A stretch of DNA of 61,595 nucleotides, counting the filler, from Bipalium vagum (taxonomy: Eukaryota), in assembly GCA_037834085.1 (NCBI GenBank). It is 3 parts of 3 records of this genome, joined end to end, with 100 filler letters (N's around TTAATTAATTAA, not from the genome) between each part and the next. Parts side by side here need not be neighbours in the genome. Positions count along the whole stretch, not along the records: positions 42,510 to 61,595 come from JBBMKC010011241.1; 2 more parts are not named here. One strand, 5' to 3'. Shown here in pieces: positions 51,661 to 61,595 of this stretch; within the stretch, counting starts at the first letter, position 1; every line of letters begins with the position of its first letter. Below the pieces are notes generated by a model, which saw nothing but the letters and a program-made list of their open reading frames with translations, made no database searches and was not told the origin of the DNA. The position numbers were made by a program, and so were the translations under genes.

Positions 51661-52415
51661 TGTTATCAACCGTCTATGAACACTTAATTCATCTGGATTA
51701 TGAATATAAACGACCAAGACAAGATCCACATTAATTGATAGTCGATCAAGCAAATAGACGAATTTGAATTTGCAATCAGTTTTTTCAAAAAGCAGTTGAC
51801 AATAGATTTTGGAAAAGAATTGTTACGTGCGATGAAATGATCCTTTTAATCGACCACAATGGGTTTCACAAGGAACACAACCTTTTCCACAGGTCGTTTT
51901 GGACTCAAGGTAATGTTGTATGTTTGGTGGGATGTCGAAAGTATCATACACTCCGAAATTGTTCTAAGTGACAGATTTGTAGGCGATTGTCTTTATGCTG
52001 AGAAAATTGATCAAGTACACTCCGTTTTGAGCAATCGTTATTCAGATTTAGTAACTAAAAGGCATTTACTTTATCAACATGATAACGCTCATGTACACCG
52101 CTAACGTGTAGATCAACAAACATTGAAGGAATTATGGGAAATAGAAAAAATGGTCTGGACATGACACCATAATATTACGGCTTATTCCGTTCCATGGCTG
52201 CTTTCTTACGTGATCGCCAGTTCAAAAAATTTAATGAGGTAGAATCGAAATGCCAGGAGTTCTTTATCTCTAAACCGAAAGAAAAATTGAATTGCTTGCA
52301 GAAAAATGGACACCTGTCAAAGAAAATGATGGTTTGTATTTTGAAGAATGATATCGTTTTGTTTTTTTTAAATTCTTTGTTACATGGTAGTTTGCTAAAA
52401 TTTCACTAACCTTAA
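51660..52415 (+). mobile_element. Decayed mariner (DD34D-type) transposase and right end
   Basis: FWKRIVTCDE, KVMLYVWWD, YQHDNAHVH, YGLFRSM and EFFISKPKE in shifting frames. Confidence 0.88.
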
Positions 52416-55400
52416 TTTTTTTAATTTGAACAAATTGGAATATTTGTTTCATAGAATATGTAGAATGTAGAATTTATAATATAGAAAATGCTAACGGGAA
52501 ATGATAAATAGTTAAATATGAGTAAGCCATCGTGAACCTTCGACGTTAAGGGTGAAACTTAATTTTTTTTAAAAAATTGTAATGCTTTCTACAAGGTGGA
52601 ATATTTATGAATTACTTTATTTTAAGGAATTCAAAATTTCACTGGAATTAACAATTTACATTTGAGCACTTGGTTTACCGCGCAAAATTAATGCTTAGAT
52701 TGATACTAATTTTGGGTTTTGTATATAATGGATTGCTTGATCTGACTCCTGGTGTATTTGTGAATATAGTATACCAATCACAAGTATCTTTTCTCAATAA
52801 AAGTTTTAATAGAATTGAAATAACAGTGAAGTTTTAAAATATATTTTCATAATGAAAATTTATAATTCTTATATATTAAACGCTTGTGATCGAAATGACA
52901 ATTTTTTTCAATTATAATAACTCAATTTGTACTTTGAAAAATACAGAAGCTCTGAGGTAAAAATAGCGAATTCGAGGACTAGTTCACCAGACCATAAATA
53001 TTGGAAACAAACACAAAAAGAACAATCTGGAAATTTATTAATTAAACAAACAGAAACAGGAAATTATATTCACATTCTGCGTAATTAAATTACTTAAATT
53101 TAGTGAATATGATAATTTACTTACAATTTATTGTATTAATAAGAGTTTTGAGAAACTCAATTCTTTTTCTCGATTTCTATTTAGTTTCAATAGAATTGGC
53201 TATTATTTGTAATAAACTAATCCTAAGTTTTATAAAGACAAAATTATGATTTTCAGCTACCTATTTATATTGTTTTCTAAACCTATTTTTTTATTGACAC
53301 AATGCTTATATTTTCATAGACGACATTTCTGTCATCACGTTATTTTATTTATTTTTTATTATGTCGTTGATGAAATAATTTTTTATATTTTAATATTATT
53401 ATTATATTTCTTAATATTATTATCATTAATTATCTATTTATTTTTATTTTACATCATTTTTTAATTTAATTTAATTTTCTAATATTTTTATTATTCTATT
53501 TTACTTTATTTTTTGGGACATAAGACCACATTATTTAATTTCATAGTTCAATTGAAGGCATTGTTTATTTATTTAATTGCTATTTATAATTTATGTCTCG
53601 AAGTCTGGCTATGTTATTTATCATGAATAAAATGTTATTTTATATTTTTTAAATAAAATTTCTTTTTTAGACTTTCACCACTGTTGTTTGAGATTAATCC
53701 TTCGTAGAATATCAAATGATTAATGGTAATATTTTTATTATAATTCTTATTATTAAATAATTAATAAAAAAATCATTTTATCTTTTTATGAAACTTTTGA
53801 TCAAACTTAAATAAAATTCTAAAAATTCTACAAAAACTAAAAAGAAACTTGATTGCAAAAGTAAAAACTAAAGTTAAATTTGATTATTCTTGATCACAAT
53901 AATAAAATTAAAATTTGATTATAACATTGATCGATTTACTTTGATATGATTTTTTTACATTGGTTGAAGTTGAGACAAAATTAAAATTGGTTTACTTGAA
54001 GTTGAAGTTTTAAAGATAGGTATAGGTTGAAGTGATTGATAACAAGACGTGTTATTTTCCTTTTCTTTTTAATTATTCCCATACTAAAAAATCCCAAATT
54101 TATGATATTGTTAAGCTATTAAATTACTACGAATTTTGTCATACACTTAGCTCGTAAAGTTTACTGACTCCTTCCCTTTGGTCAAAACGTGTACGCAAAT
54201 GAATAAATCAAAACGACTACGAATAATACTTTATAAACAAAGTAACAGCCACAATGAATAAAAATAATTGAATCGAATTGTCAATAAAATGTTTACAAAC
54301 ACACAATCACAAAAGTCAATTGTCTCATAAAATAAAAAATAGTCAATAATCAAATAATATCAATTAGAATGTCAATAAAATCCAATATTTAAATAATTAA
54401 ATCAAATGTTAATTAATATAATAAAGCAAAAAAAGATATACAATCGCTTTCACCGATTCTGTTGACGAAAGGTCCAAAGGGATATTTGCTTAGCCCAATC
54501 CGGTTTGCTCAGAAATCCCTAACAGCACAGGACTCATCGTAAGCCCTTGACGCATATTTGATGGCAAAAAAAACGAATTAAAAATTGAAATCTTTTGACA
54601 ATAGTTTTGGATTTTCTGCCGAATAATTCTTCAGATACAAATTTTCCTTAAAAAATAAAAATTATTAAGCTAAGATCTCTTTTTGTGAAAATCCACTGCA
54701 GATTCTAACTCTTAAATACCATTCTGGTCAGAAGGTCAATCAATCATAGACCACCTTTATTGCTGGAGAATTTCGATGAGAAATTCACAAATCCAAAATG
54801 CCAACTCGGTCTCTCCTTGCGGAACCTGATCTAATCTTGACAATTCAACGTCGCCATTGTCAAGATAGATTCATTTTTTGGGAATTTTTTTTATCTATAT
54901 TACTTTATTTATTTTTGTACTTGTTAATTAAACTAAAAAATATTATTTAATTATTATTTTTTGTATTATTTTTATTTTTATTTTACTTCTGACAATTTTG
55001 CGGTCTTAATAATTAATTTATAATAATTATAATTATTCTAGACCCTTTTACGGTCTTTAACATATTATCTTTATCAGGATTCATAGGAATGTTCCCCTGA
55101 CTAACAAAACATAATATACTAAATGATACTCACAGCAACATTCATAAGCAATCACGTGATGCTTTTTATTTTCTTAACCCACTGATGTCATTTATGATTT
55201 ATAAGTTCTATTGATTTTAGCAATAAAATATTTAATAAGATAATAAACTTGGTACCAATATTAAAAGCAATTCTTTGGAATAATTTATAATAAAACAGTA
55301 TTTTTCGGAATTCATAAAACTATCAATTACAGAAGTTAGATAAAATTAAAGTCGATAGAAAATATGAATTCAATATTTTCTAACCTTATTTTCAACTTTA

Positions 55401-55852
55401 TTGATTTTGTGAATAGTGAATAATTAAAGATAATTTTTATTAAGTTAACATTATAATAATATCTTTTTATAAAATGAATTTTCTGCTTTTTCTTAAATAA
55501 ACATTACTCAGTCGCTAATTATATTTCACTTAATTAGAACATAAGTATTCTTCAACGAAAGTTAACTTTTATGATTTTCTTCATAGACCTTAGATATTCA
55601 ATTGAATAAATACAAATATAGGCCAAAGCAATAATTTCATCTAATTTAATTTTTTAACAAGAAATTATTTTAAATATTAAATTAAATTTAATAATTAAAT
55701 TAAAACTGTTGTTATACCACAACACTTTTTAGTAACATTTCAATTTTAAGCCAGTTCTACTTATCCTTAACGAGTTTGTTTAAATTTTTGCATCTTTCAA
55801 TTTAAAACTCTTTCACTTTAATCTGATGTTATATACATTGATCGTTTTATAG

Positions 55853-58800
55853 ATGTCTTCTTCACCACCGGCTAAAAAACAAAAGTTAGAAAATCACGAA
55901 ATCAAAAAAATTAGCAAGGACTGTATCAGTATTAATAACATGAACAATTCTAATGTGAGATCGACTTATAATGATTGTATTTTTGATAAAATGGATTTTT
56001 CATTAAGGGCGTTACAACAAATGGCTTGGAAATCGATGAAAATCTTTACAGTCGTCAGTTGTAAGTGGAGTTTTTTGCGGACTATTCCAATAGTTTATTT
56101 CCATTTAGATATGTACTTGGAAAGGAAGGAATGAAAAGTATGTCTCGATCTAACGTTCTGATCAGTGGCCTGGGAGGATTAGGCGTAGAAATAGCGAAAA
56201 ATGTCATCCTGGCTGGAGTGAAATCCGTCAGCTTGCATGATACATGTAACGTTAGTGATTGGGATTTGTCGTCACAATATTATTTCACTCATTGTGATAT
56301 CGGTAAAAACCGAGCACTGGCTTGCGTCAAATCGTTGTCGAGCTTGAATTCCTATGTTTCGGTGAACGTTGTTAATACGGTTACTAATATCCTGACTAAC
56401 GAAGTTCTTGCTGACTTTAACATCGTTGTTCTCACAAACTCTACCAACGCAGAAGTTAATCGTATTTCTCAGTTCTGTCACCATAATAATGTCAAACTGA
56501 TCGTTGCAAGGACGTGCGGTTTGTTTGGTCAGATTTTTTGCGATTTCGGTCCCAACCACGTGGTCAATGATTTGACTGGGGAAGAACCTTTGAGTGTGAT
56601 GATCCAGAACATTCTCAAAGATGACGAGGGTTCCGTGGTCTGTTTGGAAGAAACTCGACATGGATTCGAGACGGGAGACTTTGTTACATTTTCAGAGGTT
56701 CAGGGAATGATGGAATTGAACAACTGTGAGCCACGTCGCATTAAGGTTGAAGGTCCCAATTCGTTCAAGATCGGAAGCACGTCCACGTTGTCGCCCTATT
56801 TGTCGGGAGGTGTTTGTATGCAAGTCAAAATGCCAACTTTCGTATCGTTCAAACCGTTTGAAGAGGCCTACACTGCGTCGGAGTTCGTAATAAGCGACTA
56901 TGCCAAGTTCGATCGACCGAAACAGCTCCACGTATTATTTTATGCCATCGATCGGTACCGAAAGGGGTTTACGGGATCTTCATCTGACAATTGTTGTACC
57001 GATGGCGTTAACTCAGCCGAGTTTCTCCGGATCGCCAAGGAATCGTGTCAAATGATCGATTCATCGATGGAATTGGATGAGAGATTGGCCATTCAATTCT
57101 TGTCAATTTACCATGGAAACGTGATTCCGGTCCAAGCAGTAATCGGAGGAATAGCGGCTCAGGAAGTATTGAAAGCGTGCTCTTCCAAGTTTCAACCAAT
57201 CAAACAATTCTTTTACTTTGATGCGCTGGAATGTCTCAGTGTAACCGAAGAGGAGGAACAGGAAAAAGTACTGGAGCGAGATGGTACTAGCAACGGAAAC
57301 AAAGCAACAATGATAGATATCACGGTGGAAAATGGACGAAGCAACGATGTAAAAGATGGCATGATTCGGTACAAGAGCCAAATCGCCGTGTTCGGTCGAG
57401 AGTTCCAGGAGAAACTATCTCGGTTGAAAGTATTTCTCGTCGGAGCGGGCGCTATCGGTTGTGAGCTGTTAAAGAATTTCGTTATGATGGGAGTCGGTGA
57501 TTCATCTGTCGACCCAAATGATTGTGGTGGTGGTAAAATCGTTTTAACCGACATGGATACAATCGAAAAATCGAATTTGAATCGACAATTTCTCTTTCGA
57601 GCCCGAGATATTGGAAAATTAAAATCCGTCACTGCTGCAGAAGCAGCCAAATCGATGAACCCAAACGTGAAAATCGATGCACTGGAATTGAAAGTGGGGA
57701 AGGAGACTGAGTCGTATTTCAACGATTCGTTTTTCAAGGATATCGATATCGTTACCAACGCGCTTGATAATATCGAAGCGCGACAATACATGGACCGGCG
57801 TTGTGTGTTCTATTTGAAACCACTACTGGAATCTGGTACATTGGGAACCAAAGCCAACGTTCAAGTGATTCTTCCCAACCTCACGGAATCGTACAGTTCA
57901 TCACAAGACCCGCCAGAAAAATCAATTCCTATCTGTACGATCAAGAATTTCCCGTACATGATTGAACACACCATCCAATGGTCAAGAGATCTCTTTGAGG
58001 GAATTTTCGCTCAACCAACAGCAGCGGCACATCAATTCTTACTGGTAAGATCGATAGAGAAAAACTAAAATCCTTTTATTGAATTTTTTTAATATTATAT
58101 AAAATATTAAAATTAATTTAGTAATGATTAACGACTTTTTGACATTTTTTAATACTGTACTTCACAATTATTGAATTATAAACCAATAACAAATATTTAT
58201 GATTTATTATCGACCAGATTAGTAAAAATTGATTATTTTTATAATAACGTAGATATTATTGACGCTGAAATAATGATGCAAAGAATTTTTGTGTCAATTA
58301 TTTAAAAACTTTAACTGGAATGGAATATTATTTGTAATTCATTTCTGATTTTTTTAAATTTTCGAATTTTATTCTTATAAAACAAATAAAATGATTCTTT
58401 CACACAAATTTTTTTGGTTACTTGAGGGTTTTTTCAATTCTGAAATCAAATCAATAAAATATTTTAAAATTAATTTACCAAACAATTCAATAATACATTT
58501 TTATAACGACCAGGAATATAGATAAATGTGATCATTAAGAGTTATAAAAAATTATATATATGGTTAAAATCATTAATTTACTCAAATTTAAAAATTAATT
58601 TTTTTATTAAATTAACGTAATAATTTAATTTTTGAAAATGGTGATCTTAAGTGTGAAATTAATATTTCTTAATCTGCGATTAATAATAATTTTAGAGTGA
58701 TTTTATCTATTAGATTTTCAAATAAAAAATTTATAATAGTCAAAGAATATTTAACTCAAATTCGATTAGTTTGAATAATCAATACATTTTTAAAAAAACT

Positions 58801-60991
58801 AACAGAAATAAAATTATTTATTAATTTTATTATCGATTTATATTGATTTTCTATCTGAGAGTAGTTCTGTTCCTTTTTTAATCAGTGATTTATGTTCCAG
58901 GACAAGCAAGGCTTTCTCAATTCCCTGTCCAAATGTCAGTATGATTCTGTTGAACAGGTTTCAAGCATTCTGTACAATATACCAGCGTCTTTCAATGACT
59001 GTATTGTGTGGGCCCGGAAACTGTTCGAGGAGCATTTCTCCAATAGCATCAAGCAATTGTTGCACAACTTTCCTCCCGATGCTCTAACGTCTTGTAATTT
59101 ACCATTTTGGTCCGGCACCAAGCGATGTCCACGACCGATTAAGTTCGATATTGACAATGTAAGAGGCAATTCAAAAAGTTAACATTTACTGATTTTTTCC
59201 ACACTACAGATGACCCATTACAATTTCGTTGTGTCAGCAGCAAAGATAAGAGCGTTCATTTACAATATCGAAACGACCAGCGATCTCCATACCATTCGAC
59301 AAGTCATCGACGAATGTTCCATCCCGGAATTCGTGCCAAGGACTGATGTCAAAATAGCGACTACGGACAGTGAGGCTAACAAATTGGCAGATTCCACAAA
59401 CGATTCAAAAAAAATTGATAATTTGGTGAATAAATTGGAAATATTCGGTAATTTTTTTAAACTTTTGTTTGGATGAAAATTCTCTACATCACAGTTACCG
59501 GTGCACTGCATGTGGGAATTGTGGATTTTGAGAAAGATGACGACACCAATCACCACATGGACTTCATCACGGCAGCCAGTAATTTACGTGCCGAGAATTA
59601 CTGTATTGAACCAGCGGATCGATTGAAAACGAAATTGATCGCCGGTAAGATTATCCCGGCCATAGCAACGACCACTGGTCTGGTGGCCGGACTGGTGGCA
59701 TTAGAGTTGTATAAGGTCGGTAGTGATTGATTGTTAATGGATATTTTTTTGATTTTATTATTTGATTATATTAATATCGGAAATCAATTTCAGATTGTTC
59801 AAGGCCACAAAGTATTGGAAAAATACAAAAACGGCTTCATAAATTTGGCTCTGCCGTTCTTTGGTTTCTCGGAACCTATACCGCCTCAAATCAAGAAATA
59901 TGGCACCAATCCATGGTCTCTTTGGGATCGATTTGAGCTCAATCACCCAATGACTTTGCAAGAACTGATCAACTATTTTAAGGTGAGATCAAATTAACTT
60001 AATCAATAGTTAACATTCTTATCTGATAATCGATTTTCAATAATTTAAATTGTAATATCCACTTGTATTGTGGATATTGGTCAAAATTTACTGAAATTTA
60101 AGGTTTTTAAAATTAATTTTGTCAAAATTAGCGATTTTTCCAATTTTTGATCACTTGTATGTCATAAATTCAAATCAAATGCTTATTGATCGAAGGTTTG
60201 AAAACGATTTTCTATTCTCGTATCATTATTGATTCTACATATTTTTGATAGTTTTTTTTTATTTGAAATAATGTAATCGATGAAAATGTGATTTCGAATC
60301 TGTAAAACAAAATGAATGAAAATTGTGAATAATTTTTTTAAAAAATCAATTAAAAGTGCTTTATATAAAGGTGTTCGACTTCGATATGTTTAATTCAAAC
60401 TATTTGAAAAGTTAAAAAATATCAATCTCAGTAGGTTATGTGGAGGAAAGATGAAATTTAATCGATTACTTTTATTTCGTTTTCAAATTTAGTAGTTCTT
60501 GTCTTATTTTATCCTAACAATTCAAAAAAGCTAAAAAAATTAATCAATTTTTATTTTAAGGAACGACATAACCTTATCGTGTCGATGCTGACGCAAGACA
60601 TTTCAATGGTTTACGCATTTTTCCAGTCGGAAAAGGTCAAGCAACAACGACTGAAAATGACGTAAGTTTATCTATTGATTTTATTCTTTGTGAAACACGT
60701 TAAACGAAAACGCGCGTGAATTAAAACATTCTGATCAAAATCATCGATAATATTAATAATCAATAATTATTAAAATTGTATTGATTTTATATTAATATAT
60801 TATATTTTATTATTTAATATTCATTTTTGTATTGAATTCTTTTGTATTCCGTTCTTAGATTGACCGAGCTAGTTGAAAATGTCAGCAAACAGCCAATTTC
60901 GCCTCATACAAAATCCCTGGTCATGGAAATGACATGCTCCGATGAAAATGGGGACGACGTCGATGTCCCATACATCAAATATAATCTTTAA
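55853..60991 (+). CDS. UBA1: Ubiquitin-activating enzyme E1 (9 exons: 55853-55954, 56008-56060, 56109-58044, 58901-59158, 59210-59447, 59495-59715, 59794-59982, 60561-60661, 60859-60991; 1076 aa)
   Basis: [50 protein letters not shown], catalytic-Cys motif [44 protein letters not shown] and UFD end DVDVPYIKY. All junctions are GT-AG and the total is 3231 nt. Confidence 0.97.
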
Positions 60992-61595
60992 CATAATAAT
61001 ACAAATAAAAATATAATTATTGGATTAGTAATAAATTATCAATATTAATATTAATTACAATCAATAATGAATTTCGTATTGGATTTTTGAAAAAAATTGA
61101 TTATTTTTGTTAGAAAAAGTCGATCAATTGTTGGCTACATTTTTTGCTGCTTAGGTTTATTACAATGGAATTGATCAAATGTTATCACGTCTGCCTCCCT
61201 CCCTTTGTTTTTTGTGTTTCTGTAAATTATTTAAGCGTGCATTTGTTTTATTATTATTAAGTAGGGCTTGAGTAAATAATCAATATATTATTATTATCAG
61301 TTTTTCAGACAATAAGGTGTTTGTGCGCGATTGAATAATAATAATAATAAAAATGAACTTTTCTTCCTCATATCTTTTTCATATTGCGTTTATGTAATGA
61401 GTTTCTGATGGTGGATTTTGGTTTTACCCAATTTTTTGAGTTTCGGATAAATGGAAAAATTAAAAGTAAAGATTTATTAATATTAGGTGTTTTAATTAAT
61501 TTCCGCCGCTAATAAAACAGCGGTAATTTCAAAATAATTTATTTTTAAGAATAAAATTTGAATTTAAATGATAATCGATTAAAATTTAATCAAAA

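Noticed and set aside
52640-52790. Possible gypsy RNase H fragment on the - strand (IGILYSQ...AIHY)
   Set aside because: Short, with stops, and no adjacent RT or integrase motifs.
56272-59556. Minus-strand and off-frame ORFs over UBA1 (also those over G-alpha exon 2, DPH2 and the paralog pair)
   Set aside because: Shadows of real coding exons with no independent motifs.
3123-60991. Functional cluster linking G-alpha, CA, DPH2 and UBA1 (all on + strand)
   Set aside because: Unrelated pathways, separated by ~9-17 kb of repeat-rich DNA and by artificial contig joins.
1-61595. tRNA, rRNA, snRNA, spliced-leader RNA or Fanzor/TnpB genes
   Set aside because: No cloverleaf, rRNA, U snRNA or RuvC-type motifs were recognised by eye. 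tRNAscan-SE, Infernal and HMM searches would be needed to exclude divergent ones.

Overview
Very AT-rich eukaryotic (invertebrate animal-like) genomic DNA with many ~40-55 nt GT-AG introns and heavy transposon debris. The species cannot be fixed from sequence alone. Two identical 100-bp artificial spacers (N44-TTAATTAATTAA-N44 at 23864-23963 and 42410-42509) split the window into three pieces whose adjacency is not guaranteed. Hand-spliced host genes, all on the + strand: a 2-exon Gi-class G-protein alpha subunit (354 aa); an alpha-carbonic anhydrase lacking its 5' end, with a hydrophobic, probably GPI-type tail; DPH2 (476 aa, 3 exons); and UBA1 (1076 aa, 9 exons). Two tandem paralogous ORFs (~80% aa identity) encode signal-peptide, Cys-rich, possibly cadherin-like domains I do not recognise. 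Mobile DNA: a decayed RLE-type (NeSL/Utopia/R5-like) non-LTR retrotransposon, three Merlin/ISXO2-like remnants (two with 30-bp-period arrays of their terminal motif), many Tc1/mariner and pogo remnants and MITEs, and a dispersed LTR-like family whose two copies keep the same TATA/Inr and end motif but carry different ATCAGA-core tandem arrays. No CRISPR, rRNA or tRNA gene is supported. I found no unambiguous new system. The best leads are the orphan paralog pair, the array-swapping promoter cassette and the Merlin end architecture.
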